Assembly (NCBI GenBank): GCA_963675665.1
Contig: OY776510.1
Span: 4,768,001 to 4,832,000 of the forward strand
Reading direction: 5' to 3'
DNA from: Spirochaetia bacterium
Lineage (GTDB): Bacteria > Spirochaetota > Spirochaetia > UBA9216
Length of the DNA stretch: 64,000 nucleotides
The translations under genes were made by a program, and so were the position numbers. Shown in pieces: positions 10,082 to 19,889 of the stretch; the stretch's first letter is position 1; every line of letters begins with the position of its first letter. The notes below the pieces were generated by a model. It was not told where the DNA came from. It ran no database searches and was given only the letters and a program-made list of their open reading frames with translations.

Positions 10082-10813
10082 TTAAACCATTAAAAGTCCG
10101 CCGTTGACATTTAAAGTTGCACCTGTTATAAAATTCGATTTCTCTGATGAAAGAAATTCAATTGCCTCCGCAACCTCTCTCGGATTAGCAAATCTTTTTA
10201 ATGGTATTAATTCTTTTAGTCTTTCGTTAACATCATTCTCCCAATCATCCGTCATCGGAGTCTGTGTGGGACCAGGCGCTACACAATTTACATTTACATT
10301 ATATTCAGCTGCATATAAGGCAAGTGATTTGGTAAGACCGATTACTCCAGCTTTTGATGTTGAATAATGTATACCCACAGCTTTTCCTCCACCGATTCCT
10401 GCATTTGAAGAAATATTGACTATTTTACCATATTTCTGCATTGTCATAATTTCCAATGCCTTCTGACAACAGAAAAAAACAGCTTTCAGATTAACAGCAA
10501 GCATATAATCCCACTTCTCCGGTGTTATCTGATTAATTCCTTCTAGAGAAGTTATTCCTGCACAATTCAACAAAATATGTAATTTGTGGAATTTTTTTCT
10601 AATATTATCAAATAATCTGTCTACCTGATTACTTTCAGTCAGATCTGTACTGAAGAAATGATAATCAGGATTCTTCTTCGATTGAAAATCAGGATTCTGT
10701 TTAATATCCGCACCGATAACTGTACAGCCGTTTTTAAGCATCAAATCAACAGCAGATTGACCTATACCGCTCTCAGAACCGGTAATAAGTACTATTTTTG
10801 TTTCAGTATTCAC
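10082..10813 (-). CDS. Short-chain dehydrogenase/reductase (FabG-like)
   Basis: TGSESGIG, NCAG, YSTSK, VAPG; GTG start. Confidence 0.9.
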   Translation of the reverse strand: MNTETKIVLITGSESGIGQSAVDLMLKNGCTVIGADIKQNPDFQSKKNPDYHFFSTDLTESNQVDRLFDNIRKKFHKLHILLNCAGITSLEGINQITPEKWDYMLAVNLKAVFFCCQKALEIMTMQKYGKIVNISSNAGIGGGKAVGIHYSTSKAGVIGLTKSLALYAAEYNVNVNCVAPGPTQTPMTDDWENDVNERLKELIPLKRFANPREVAEAIEFLSSEKSNFITGATLNVNGGLLMV

Positions 10814-10827
10814 TATGTGTCCTGCCT

Positions 10828-10857
10828 TGTGGTAACATATACGTATATGTTACCACA
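10828..10857. promoter_or_regulatory. Perfect 30-bp palindrome over the -10/+1 of the SDR-ABC-AOR operon (putative FadR/GntR operator)
   Basis: TGTGGTAACATATAC|GTATATGTTACCACA; minus-strand TTGACA (10874-10869)-16 bp-TAACAT (10852-10847) overlaps it. Confidence 0.65.
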
Positions 10858-10892
10858 CATATCACATTTGTCAATAAGATATTTGCATTTTT

Positions 10893-10934
10893 TGGTCGAC
10901 CAGTTCTTGACTTATGCGGATACCGTAGTATACT
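10893..10934 (+). promoter_or_regulatory. TGGTCGACCA palindrome and sigma-70 promoter of a leaderless FadR gene
   Basis: TGGTCGACCA at 10893-10902; TTGACT-16 bp-TATACT, 6 nt before ATG 10941. Confidence 0.6.
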
Positions 10935-10940
10935 AAACTT

Positions 10941-11645
10941 ATGGAAATAGATAATTTTCAACCGATTGAAGAAAAAGATAAAACCGAAAAGATTGTAGAT
11001 GTGCTTCGAAACCTTATAGTATCGGAAAAATTAAAACCGGGCAGTGAACTTCCGGCAGAAAGAGAGTTTGCCGCTCAACTCAATGTAAGCCGATACAGCC
11101 TCAGGGAAGCTCTCAGGGCAGCCCAGGCTCAGGGGCTTATTGAAATAAGCAGAGGAAAAAGACCAAGAGTAACAAATCCCTCGTCAGAAGCAGCGATTCA
11201 AATACTGGGACTTGCGATTAAAAGGTCCAAAGCCACTTTTTTCGATCTGGTAATAGCGAGAATAAGCCTTGAATGTGAGATAGCAGGTATTGTAGCTGCA
11301 AAAGTAACGAATGATTTACTTGAGAAACTGGAAATCATAACCAAACAGATGGAATACCATAAAGATGATAAAGAATTTTGCGCTGAAAAAGATCTTGAAT
11401 TTCATAATGCCTTGCTGGAAGCAAGCGGTAATCAGGTTTTTAAAATAATGCTCTCGTCCGTTGCTCAACTTTTAATGACATCCAGAATGGCAACTCTTGA
11501 ATTAACCGGGGTCGATCGCGCCCTGGAAGGTCATAAAAATATTATTATCGCTCTAAAAAAGGGCGACAGCACACTGGCAAAAGAAGCGATGCTTAAACAC
11601 CTTGAGATGGCGGAGGATGATATACTTAAACTTGATACTATGTAG
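10941..11645 (+). CDS. GntR/FadR-family regulator (FCD domain)
   Basis: ELPAEREFAAQLNVSRYSLREA wHTH; DLEFH...ASGN. Confidence 0.92.
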   Translation: MEIDNFQPIEEKDKTEKIVDVLRNLIVSEKLKPGSELPAEREFAAQLNVSRYSLREALRAAQAQGLIEISRGKRPRVTNPSSEAAIQILGLAIKRSKATFFDLVIARISLECEIAGIVAAKVTNDLLEKLEIITKQMEYHKDDKEFCAEKDLEFHNALLEASGNQVFKIMLSSVAQLLMTSRMATLELTGVDRALEGHKNIIIALKKGDSTLAKEAMLKHLEMAEDDILKLDTM

Positions 11646-12354
11646 ACGTCTTCCTGATCTTCTCTGCATTGGCCTGGGCCTTCAGTAAATGCTCAAGCAT
11701 GAGTTCTTCAGCAAGTTCCGCCTTTCCGTCCTTTACTGCATTAAATATTCCGATATGATCCTTCAGACTCTTCTCCGGTTGATCTTTAATTATCAGGGTA
11801 GTCTCCTGTGTTTTTATCAGCATGTTTCTTGCAAGCGCAAGCATCTTTTCAAATACCGAGTTACCGGCTGCAGTTGCAAGAGCACTATGAAAGGCGGTAT
11901 CGCCTTCAACGCCCAATCCGCCTGAAGCTATATCGGATCTCATTTTCTCTATACTCAAAGCAATGTTCTTTAAGTCATTATCTGTTCTTCTTTCAGCGGC
12001 AATTTTTGCAATTTCCGTTTCCAGAAGCTTTCTGAACTCAAGCATTTCTATAATAACAGTCTGTTCACTTGCCAGAATTTCAGAAAACGGATTTAGAAGA
12101 GCTTCAATTGACACCTTATTAACAAAAATACCGCCCCCGGTACCGACCTGCGGTTTAAGAAAACCAAGAGCTTCAAGAACCCTCAGGGCTTCACGTATGG
12201 AGGCCCTGCTGACCTGGAACTGCTCTGACAGTTCCCTCTCACTCGGAAGCTGTTCGCCTTCCTTGAAGGTTCCGCCGATAATCATACTCTGGAGCCTCTT
12301 CAGCACCTCTTCAGAGAGACGACTCTTTCTAATAGGTTCTATCCGCGGCTCCAT
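11638..12354 (-). CDS. GntR/FadR-family regulator (PdhR/LutR-like)
   Basis: QLPSERELSEQFQVSRASIREA; DTAFH...AAGN; last gene of the 23383-11638 gene string. Confidence 0.92.
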   Translation of the reverse strand: MEPRIEPIRKSRLSEEVLKRLQSMIIGGTFKEGEQLPSERELSEQFQVSRASIREALRVLEALGFLKPQVGTGGGIFVNKVSIEALLNPFSEILASEQTVIIEMLEFRKLLETEIAKIAAERRTDNDLKNIALSIEKMRSDIASGGLGVEGDTAFHSALATAAGNSVFEKMLALARNMLIKTQETTLIIKDQPEKSLKDHIGIFNAVKDGKAELAEELMLEHLLKAQANAEKIRKTST

Positions 12355-12361
12355 AAATATT

Positions 12362-13816
12362 TTACTCCTTGACTGCTTCTACTGCATCCTCAAATGCCTG
12401 ATTAATCATCTGAAGCGGAACTTTCTCAATATAACCCTCTTTATTCATAGAGTCTACAAGCTTTCTTGAATAGGTTATATCCTCCAATGCCTTGTTAAAA
12501 ACTTCTTCACGGCTCAATTCAACACGCGCCAGGCCTTCTTTAATAGCCTGCATGGCAACATCGGCTGCTTCATACGGAAAAACTCCCGGCTCATCCATGG
12601 TAGCGATTATATTATCGGGTGTAATACCCCTATTCTCGGCATACCTTGCGAGCGATTCGGCTGCGGCAATTGCCATACCGTCGGAAATCTTTCTTGCTCT
12701 AACAAGAAGCGCCCCTTTTAAAATCCCCGGAAATCCGACCGAATTATTAACCTGATTCGGGAAGTCTCCCCTCCCGGTAGCTACAATAAAAGCGCCTGCT
12801 TCTTTAGCCGCATAGGGATAAATCTCCGGAACGGGATTGGCGCAGACGAATACTATAGACTTATCAGCCATCCGGCTGACATCTTCAGGAGATACGGTAT
12901 CCGGCCCCGGCTTTGAAAGCGCAATCAGCACATCGGCCCCTGTCATTGCCTCACTGAAATCGTCTATCTTGTCCGGATTGGTCTGCCGGCACAGTTCCCA
13001 TTTCCGGTAAAATCTTTCATCAGCCTCAATATCCTTTCTGTCTTTGTGAAGGGAACCTTTGGAATCAAACATTATTATCTTTGAAGGGTCAGCCCCCGCC
13101 TTTATTACAATCCGTGCAATTGTGGCATTAGCAGCGCCGGCGCCGAGAAGAACAATCTTTATATCTTCAATCTTCTTTTCCGCCAGTTTGACCGCGTTGA
13201 TCAGCCCCGCCAGAGTGACACAGGCTGTTCCCTGGGCGTCGTCATGCCAGACCGGGATGTCGCATTCTTCACGAAGGGTATCAAGAACCCTGTAACAGTT
13301 AGGTTGGGAAATATCTTCTAGGTTTACAGCGCCGAATGAAGGCTGGGCCATTTTTACAAATTCAATAATTTTATCGGGATCATTCTCGCCTTTTTCATTC
13401 CTGCTGTCGACACAAAGAGCTGTGGCATCCACGCCCCCAAGGTATTTCATAAGAAAGGACTTCCCCTCCATTACACCGAGCCCACCGGGCGGCGTACAAT
13501 TGCCGTCTCCAAGGACCCTTGTTGAATCGCTGACAACCGCTACATAATTCCCTTTATTGGACAAGTCGTACGCGGCTTCATTATCGTCCCTTATGGAAGT
13601 TGATACCCTGGAAACGCCCGGCGTGTACCACACATTAAACCAGTTGAAGCCGAAAACTCCGGCTTTCGGCACCGTCTGCATCTTCCCGCCGTAAAACATA
13701 TGGGCTTTTTCAGCAAGGTTCTTTAAAAAAACTGTTTTGAGCCTTGCGGACTGAGCCTCGCTAAGATTTCTTTTTTTTATTTCCTCTTCAAGATTGTCCA
13801 GTTCAAGATTAATCAT
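12362..13816 (-). CDS. NAD(P)-dependent malic enzyme
   Basis: WYTPGVS, VMEGK, NLEDI, WHDDAQGTA, GAGAA, ANPVPEI, TGRGDFPNQVNN; ATG 13816 after GGAGG preferred over 13837. Confidence 0.93.
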   Translation of the reverse strand: MINLELDNLEEEIKKRNLSEAQSARLKTVFLKNLAEKAHMFYGGKMQTVPKAGVFGFNWFNVWYTPGVSRVSTSIRDDNEAAYDLSNKGNYVAVVSDSTRVLGDGNCTPPGGLGVMEGKSFLMKYLGGVDATALCVDSRNEKGENDPDKIIEFVKMAQPSFGAVNLEDISQPNCYRVLDTLREECDIPVWHDDAQGTACVTLAGLINAVKLAEKKIEDIKIVLLGAGAANATIARIVIKAGADPSKIIMFDSKGSLHKDRKDIEADERFYRKWELCRQTNPDKIDDFSEAMTGADVLIALSKPGPDTVSPEDVSRMADKSIVFVCANPVPEIYPYAAKEAGAFIVATGRGDFPNQVNNSVGFPGILKGALLVRARKISDGMAIAAAESLARYAENRGITPDNIIATMDEPGVFPYEAADVAMQAIKEGLARVELSREEVFNKALEDITYSRKLVDSMNKEGYIEKVPLQMINQAFEDAVEAVKE

Positions 13817-13838
13817 TATCTTCCTCCAATAAAACATT

Positions 13839-13854
13839 CCCGCATGGATGCGGG
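13839..13854 (-). repeat. Short GC-stem hairpin with NUCCAU loop upstream of malic enzyme (copy 2 of 3)
   Basis: + strand CCCGC-ATGGAT-GCGGG, 22 nt upstream of ATG 13816. Confidence 0.6.
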
Positions 13855-13923
13855 CTACGGAGACGAAGTTTGATCAGCAACGCTTATCAAACTTTAAAAA
13901 GATAAAAAGTCATGGAAGACTTT

Positions 13924-15192
13924 TTATCTTTCCTCCTGTTTTTTTTCAAGCGGCAGAACTGATCCGCCGTAGGGCATAATATGAACTCTGGCGTCCGGGC
14001 CTTTCCTTTTCAAGGCTTCATCCAGCGCTTTCTGCGGAGACTCAAACGGCTCCATAAAGATCTTTCTTACATAATCGTCGGGCATTGCCGAAACGAGACA
14101 GATATCCGCCTTTTCGAGAATCAAACCGATTGCCGCGGCTTTATGACCGCCGAGAATGAAATTCCGCTGAATTTCTTCAATCATGTCTTCAGGTTTTTCG
14201 AAATCTTCCATCCATCTTTCAAAAGATTCTCCGCCCAGTCCTTCGGAACATTCCGCGACAAGAATTATTATGCCGCCGTCTTTTACCGCGTGCTTTGAAT
14301 TATCAAGAGCTTTCTGGGCCTGATACAAATTCATATCTTTTGGAAATCCCCCCGGAGAGACTATTACGATGTCGGCTTTTTCATCAAGCGGACAGCTGTA
14401 TATCCTGTCCAGAAAACGGCAGCCCTCCCTGTGCGCCAGTACGGGGTCTCCTCCGAAAGCTCCTATTATGTTCTTGTGTTCATCCAGTACTACATTAATC
14501 AGAAAATCGATTTTAATAAAATCTGCGACTTCTTCAATATCCTCCCTCACAGGATTACCCGTCATATTGCCGGCCCGGGCGCCGTCTTTAACCATATTGC
14601 TGTGGTTTTTCTGGATGGCTGAAAAGGTCGAAACTCCCGGCATTATAGCCTTATACCCGCCGCTGTAACCGGCAAAATAATGATATTCAATATTTCCCAG
14701 ACATATCCGTTTATCCGCCTCGACTACAGTTCTGAAGATATCTACTGGGGTTCCCCGCGATGTTGTTCCCAGCGATACGACATCATCAGGATCACTGTCT
14801 ATGCATTTAATCCTGTCGTATATATCGTTTCCCGCAAGCTTCTTTTTTTCATCTTCGGTGTGCTTTCGATGACTTCCAAGCCCAAACACAACGGTTATGT
14901 CGGAATCGGCAATGCCGACCCGGTTCAATTCATATACAAGCTGAGGCAGGACCTTATAGCTCGGCATAGGTCTTGTTATATCGCTTGTTATGATCACAAC
15001 CTTTTCCCCTTTTTTAAACAGCTTGCTTACCGAGGCGCAACCGATCGGGCTCAGAATTGATCGGGCTATCAGCGTTTCTTCATACAAGTCGTTCTGAATC
15101 TCCGACGCCCTCAGGACAGAGCCGGTATTCAAATCCGGAATATTCAACTCTCTCGATTGTCTTCCGTATTTCAGTTTAATATTCATCCTCAA
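13924..15192 (-). CDS. larA: LarA-family nickel-pincer-dependent 2-hydroxyacid racemase/epimerase
   Basis: SDITRP, LGSHR, HYFAGYSGGYKA, NH and YQAQKA motifs. Confidence 0.88.
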   Translation of the reverse strand: MRMNIKLKYGRQSRELNIPDLNTGSVLRASEIQNDLYEETLIARSILSPIGCASVSKLFKKGEKVVIITSDITRPMPSYKVLPQLVYELNRVGIADSDITVVFGLGSHRKHTEDEKKKLAGNDIYDRIKCIDSDPDDVVSLGTTSRGTPVDIFRTVVEADKRICLGNIEYHYFAGYSGGYKAIMPGVSTFSAIQKNHSNMVKDGARAGNMTGNPVREDIEEVADFIKIDFLINVVLDEHKNIIGAFGGDPVLAHREGCRFLDRIYSCPLDEKADIVIVSPGGFPKDMNLYQAQKALDNSKHAVKDGGIIILVAECSEGLGGESFERWMEDFEKPEDMIEEIQRNFILGGHKAAAIGLILEKADICLVSAMPDDYVRKIFMEPFESPQKALDEALKRKGPDARVHIMPYGGSVLPLEKKQEER

Positions 15193-15195
15193 ACC

Positions 15196-16596
15196 TCATT
15201 TTCTTTCGGGCATTTTATGCACGGAAAGTCCTTCGATATCATGCACACATTCCATTACCGCTTCGGAAACCGTCGGATGCGGATGAATTAATCCGCCCAG
15301 TTCTTCAATAGTCAGCTCAGCACTTATCGCAAGGGCAACCTCCGATATCAGCTCTGTAGCTTTGGGGCCTATCATTTGACACCCTATAACAGCGCCTGTC
15401 CTGTTATCCGAGACGATCTTGATAAAACCGGTATTCTCGCCTGTTATAAAGGCCTTGCTGTTACCGGCAAAAGAATAATGACCGCACTTTACATCTATTC
15501 CTTCAGCAGCAGCTTCCGCCCCGGTTTTCCCCGCGGAGGATATCTCTGGGCGGGTATAAACGCAGGACGGAATTACATCCTGATTTGTATGATTTTTTTC
15601 CCCTGAAATATGCGCGACTGCGATTATTCCCTGTGCCGATGCGGCATGAGCCAGCTGCAGCCCCCCGGAAACATCGCCTATTGCATAAATATTGGGGACG
15701 TTTGTCTGCATGTTGCTGTCGGTTTTAATAACTCCCCGGATTTCAGTTATCCCGGCGGATTCAAGATTCAAACCGTCTGTGCAGGTTTTTCTGCCCGTTG
15801 CTATCATGATCTCATCAGCCTGAATTACTTCTTCGCCTGCCCCGCTGCTGATCAAAGTTTTTATACCGTTCTCCCGCCGGACGCTTATAACCTTTACGCC
15901 GGTCCGGATTGTTATACCGGATTTTTTAAGATGTTTTTCCAGTTCAGCTGCAATATCCCCGTCCATATTGGGAAGCAACTGCGGCTGCATTTCCAGAATT
16001 ATTACATCGACTCCGAGATCATTCAGAATTGTCGCACACTCAACGCCTATTACGCCGCCGCCGATTATTATCATGCTTGCCGGAAGTTCCCTGTTCTCTT
16101 CCAAAAGGGTATCGCTGGTCCAGTATTGTATTGTATCCAGCCCTTCTACCGGAGGAATTGCGGGGACCGAACCCGTTGCAAGTATAATATTTTCGGCGGA
16201 GATTACAACATCTTCACCATTGCCCGTGCATCTGAGCCTGTTACGTCCTTCGAAAACAGCCCTTGCTTTCAGGACTTTCACCCCGTTTGCTTTAAGAAGG
16301 CCTGCTACCCCCGATTTCAGCTGATTAACTACCCGATCTTTATAACCGTAGAGCGCATTCTGATCGACCTTGGGGGCTCCTGCTTTTATCCCGAATTTCT
16401 CTGCCGTCTTTATCACATCAAGTATTTCACATGAATGAAGCATTGCCTTCGTCGGTACGCATCCCCTGTTAAGGCATGTGCCGCCGAGTTCATTTTCTTC
16501 AATCAGAACCGTTTTTATTCCAAAACGGGCGGCCCTTATGGCTGCCACATAGCCGCCCGGGCCTCCGCCTATTACTGCGAGCTTATATTGTTCCAT
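15196..16596 (-). CDS. lpdA: Dihydrolipoamide dehydrogenase (E3)
   Basis: GGGPGGY, GGTCLNRGCVPTK, HPHPTVSE. Confidence 0.95.
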   Translation of the reverse strand: MEQYKLAVIGGGPGGYVAAIRAARFGIKTVLIEENELGGTCLNRGCVPTKAMLHSCEILDVIKTAEKFGIKAGAPKVDQNALYGYKDRVVNQLKSGVAGLLKANGVKVLKARAVFEGRNRLRCTGNGEDVVISAENIILATGSVPAIPPVEGLDTIQYWTSDTLLEENRELPASMIIIGGGVIGVECATILNDLGVDVIILEMQPQLLPNMDGDIAAELEKHLKKSGITIRTGVKVISVRRENGIKTLISSGAGEEVIQADEIMIATGRKTCTDGLNLESAGITEIRGVIKTDSNMQTNVPNIYAIGDVSGGLQLAHAASAQGIIAVAHISGEKNHTNQDVIPSCVYTRPEISSAGKTGAEAAAEGIDVKCGHYSFAGNSKAFITGENTGFIKIVSDNRTGAVIGCQMIGPKATELISEVALAISAELTIEELGGLIHPHPTVSEAVMECVHDIEGLSVHKMPERK

Positions 16597-16606
16597 AACT
16601 AATTCC

Positions 16607-17911
16607 CTAAATAAGTCTGTAAGGGTTCTCCAGAATCGATTTTATCAACATCAGGAATTCCGCCGCCGGCGCCCCGTCTATCACCCTGTGATCATAAGTC
16701 AGCGTAAGGCTGCATACAGGCCTTATCTCCAGCTTGCCGTCAACAGCAACAGGTTTATCCTTTATTGCTCCTACAGCCAGGATTCCGCTTTCGGGTTCAT
16801 TTATAATAGCTGTAAACCTGTCCAGTCCGTACATTCCGAGATTGGAAACAGTAAAAACCGCACCGTTAAGTTCTTCAGGCATCAGTTTTCCGCTCTTTGC
16901 CTTTTCTCCCAGTTCCCGGCTTTCACTATTGATTTCCTCAAGATTCTTATGAACAACGTCCCTCATAACCGGTACAATCAGGCCTTCCTCTAAAGCTACA
17001 GCCATCCCTATATTAATATCCCGGTAACTGAGTATTTCATCACCCTGAAGGCTGCAGTTAAGTGCCGGCATCTGCTCCAGCGCAGCCGCCGCAGTTTTAA
17101 GTATGATATCGTTATATGAAACCTTGATTCCGGCTTCCTTCAACATCGCGCGAAGCCTTACAGCTTCAGTCATTTCAACATCAACATTGTGGGTTGCCTG
17201 CGCGGCCGTATCGAGGCTTGATCGCATCCGCTCCGCAATCACCTTTCTCATCCCCTTCAGCGGTTTCCGGATTATGCTGTCCGCGGACGCATCCTGGCTT
17301 CCCTCAAGGTCGTGGCTGTAAATCTTGCCGCGAGGCCCGCTTCCGCCGACCTTCGATAAATCAACCCCCTGCTGCTGAGCAATTCGTTTTGCAAGCGGCG
17401 TGACTGCAGCTGAAACGGTTTGAGCGGACAGAACATCGCGCTCAATCACAAGCCCGTCCGGTCCGCTGCCGGCGATTCCTTCTATATCCAGGCCCTTTTC
17501 ACCGGCCCTCATTTTCGCGCGGGGGCTCGCAAACTTTCTCTGCGTATCCCTGCCGTCAGCAGTTACTGCAGTAAGATTCGGTACAGCAGCTGAGGCAGCT
17601 TCGTTTACGCCCGAAACCGGGGACTGCTGCTCCGCGCCTTCTTTTTCCGCTATTATCTCAGAGATATCTTCTCCGCTCTCACCGATAACCGCAATGGTTT
17701 CGGTAATCGGTACGACATCGCCCACGGAATTAAATATTTTAAGTATATGCCCGCCGGCGGGAGCGTCTATTTCAATTGTCAGCTTGTCGGTTTCCATCTC
17801 AAAGAGAGGATCGCCTTCATTTACAGAATCACCTTCCTGTTTAAACCACTCCAGTATTGTTCCTTCGGTCATCTGCAAACCCTGTTTGGGCATTATCACC
17901 TTTGTCGCCAT
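16607..17911 (-). CDS. Dihydrolipoamide acyltransferase (E2); one lipoyl domain, two subunit-binding domains
   Basis: METDKL lipoyl site; ASPRAK and TPLAKR domains; DHRVIDG. Confidence 0.93.
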   Translation of the reverse strand: MATKVIMPKQGLQMTEGTILEWFKQEGDSVNEGDPLFEMETDKLTIEIDAPAGGHILKIFNSVGDVVPITETIAVIGESGEDISEIIAEKEGAEQQSPVSGVNEAASAAVPNLTAVTADGRDTQRKFASPRAKMRAGEKGLDIEGIAGSGPDGLVIERDVLSAQTVSAAVTPLAKRIAQQQGVDLSKVGGSGPRGKIYSHDLEGSQDASADSIIRKPLKGMRKVIAERMRSSLDTAAQATHNVDVEMTEAVRLRAMLKEAGIKVSYNDIILKTAAAALEQMPALNCSLQGDEILSYRDINIGMAVALEEGLIVPVMRDVVHKNLEEINSESRELGEKAKSGKLMPEELNGAVFTVSNLGMYGLDRFTAIINEPESGILAVGAIKDKPVAVDGKLEIRPVCSLTLTYDHRVIDGAPAAEFLMLIKSILENPYRLI

Positions 17912-17920
17912 GATATTCTC

Positions 17921-18898
17921 CTACTTGTATAAAACAGTTTTTGCACCTTCGACAATATTGTCAACACCGGGCACAACCGCATCTTCCAGAACCAGGGAAA
18001 ACGGCAGCGTACAGGCTTTTGCCCCCAGTCTTTCAACCGGAGCATCAAGGTATTTAAAGGCCTTCTCTGTAATCTGCGAAGCGATTTCCGCGCCGACGCC
18101 CCCCGTCTTGTGTGCTTCATGGACTATAACTGCTCTGCCCGTTTTTTTAACCGAATCGACAATTGTATCGATATCAAGCGGCAGGACGGTTCTGGGATCA
18201 ATTATCTCCGCGTTAATACCTTCAGAGGCAAGCTTTTCAGCAGCCTCAAGGGCCCTTGAAACCATCAAAGAGGTAGCTATAACGGTTACGTCGGAGCCGG
18301 GCCTTACAACTGAGGCCTTCCCGAAGGGAACGGTAAAATCCGGATCATCAGGTACTTCGCAGCTTGAAGCATAAAGGGCTTTGTGTTCAAAGAACATTAT
18401 CGGGTTATTGTCCCTGATTGCCGTTCTCAAAAGCCCTGCTGCATCAGCCGCATTTGACGGCATGGCGACCTTCAATCCGGGAATATGCACAAAGAAAGCC
18501 TCAAGACTCTGGGAATGCGTTCCTGCATTGCCCCGTCCTATACCCTGCTGGCCCCGGATTACCATCGGGATGGAAGCCTTGCCTCCGTACATATATCTGA
18601 GTTTGGCAGCCTGGTTCAGAATCATGTCCATTGCAACATATGTAAAATCCATATACATAAGTTCAACTATGGGCCTCATTCCGGCAAGGGCCGCGCCTAT
18701 CCCGGCGCCAACAAAACCCGCTTCCGAAATCGGCGTATTTCTGACTCTGCCGCCGAATTCATCCAGCAGTCCTCTTGTGCACCCGAAAATACCGCCCTGC
18801 TCGGCAATATCTTCTCCGATTATAAAAACATCCTTGTCTCTACGCATTTCTTCAGCAATTACATCACGGATCGCAACAGCATATTTTTTAACACTCAT
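17921..18898 (-). CDS. ThDP-dependent dehydrogenase E1 beta (AcoB/PdhB-like)
   Basis: IGEDI, NTPISE, HSQSLE, EHK, IDPRT. Confidence 0.93.
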   Translation of the reverse strand: MSVKKYAVAIRDVIAEEMRRDKDVFIIGEDIAEQGGIFGCTRGLLDEFGGRVRNTPISEAGFVGAGIGAALAGMRPIVELMYMDFTYVAMDMILNQAAKLRYMYGGKASIPMVIRGQQGIGRGNAGTHSQSLEAFFVHIPGLKVAMPSNAADAAGLLRTAIRDNNPIMFFEHKALYASSCEVPDDPDFTVPFGKASVVRPGSDVTVIATSLMVSRALEAAEKLASEGINAEIIDPRTVLPLDIDTIVDSVKKTGRAVIVHEAHKTGGVGAEIASQITEKAFKYLDAPVERLGAKACTLPFSLVLEDAVVPGVDNIVEGAKTVLYK

Positions 18899-18909
18899 TA
18901 TTATCTCCT

Positions 18910-19866
18910 TCAGTCACAGTAAACATTATCCAGAACATGCGTCGGGTCCGGTTCGGGGCTGTTTATTGCAAAATCCTCAGCCTCGGCAATAATCCTGTCC
19001 GCCTCAGCATGCGCCGCATCAATTCCGGCCTGGTCCATGACGCCTTCGTCGAGCATATACTTCTCAAGCCGCTTGATCGGACATTTCCGCTTCCATTCTT
19101 CTACTTCTTCTCTGGTCCTGTAAACTTCAGGATCTCCGGTCCAGTGCCCGTACCACCTGTAAGTCTTGCACTCGATCAGCGACGGGCCTTCGCCTTTCCG
19201 GGCCCTGACAAGGGCCTTTTTGAAAGCCTTGTCGACAGCAAAAATATCATTGCCGTCTACAACGGTTCCGGGAATGTTATACGCCTTTGCCCTTACCGCG
19301 ATATCTTCAACGGAAGTACTGATGCTAACGTGAGTGGATATTCCGAACTGGTTGTTTTCGCATACAAAAATAACCGGAAGTTTCCATACGGAGGCAAGAT
19401 TAAGCCCCTCGTGAAAAACTCCTTCGTTGGAAGCGCCGTCCCCGAAAAATGTGACGGCAACCTGGTCGGTTCCGCGCAGCTGCGCCGCGAGGCCGGCTCC
19501 GGTCGCAATCGGAATACCTGCGCCTACAATTGCATTGGCGCCGAGATTGCCTTTGGTAACATCAGCAATATGCATTGAACCGCCGCGTCCCCCGCAATAG
19601 CCGGTGGCTTTCCCCATCAGTTCGGCAAGAGCCTTGTCCGGTTCAGCGCCCTTGGCTATGCAGTGACCGTGCCCCCTGTGTGTGCTGGTAATATAGTCGT
19701 CATCGCCCAGATTGGAACATACTGTAGTCGGGACGGCTTCCTGACCTATCGTAAGATGCACCGATCCCCTGAGTTTATTCTCTTCGAAAAGCTTCAGAGC
19801 TTTTTCTTCAAATCTTCTTATCACAAGCATGTCGTGATATATTTTAAGCATTCGTTTCTTTTCCAT
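18910..19866 (-). CDS. ThDP-dependent dehydrogenase E1 alpha (AcoA/PdhA-like)
   Basis: GQEA, STHRGHGHCIAKG, GDGA...ENN, TYRWYGH; ATG 19866 after AGGAG preferred over 19887. Confidence 0.93.
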   Translation of the reverse strand: MEKKRMLKIYHDMLVIRRFEEKALKLFEENKLRGSVHLTIGQEAVPTTVCSNLGDDDYITSTHRGHGHCIAKGAEPDKALAELMGKATGYCGGRGGSMHIADVTKGNLGANAIVGAGIPIATGAGLAAQLRGTDQVAVTFFGDGASNEGVFHEGLNLASVWKLPVIFVCENNQFGISTHVSISTSVEDIAVRAKAYNIPGTVVDGNDIFAVDKAFKKALVRARKGEGPSLIECKTYRWYGHWTGDPEVYRTREEVEEWKRKCPIKRLEKYMLDEGVMDQAGIDAAHAEADRIIAEAEDFAINSPEPDPTHVLDNVYCD

Positions 19867-19889
19867 ATGCTTTTCTCCTAATAGCAATT

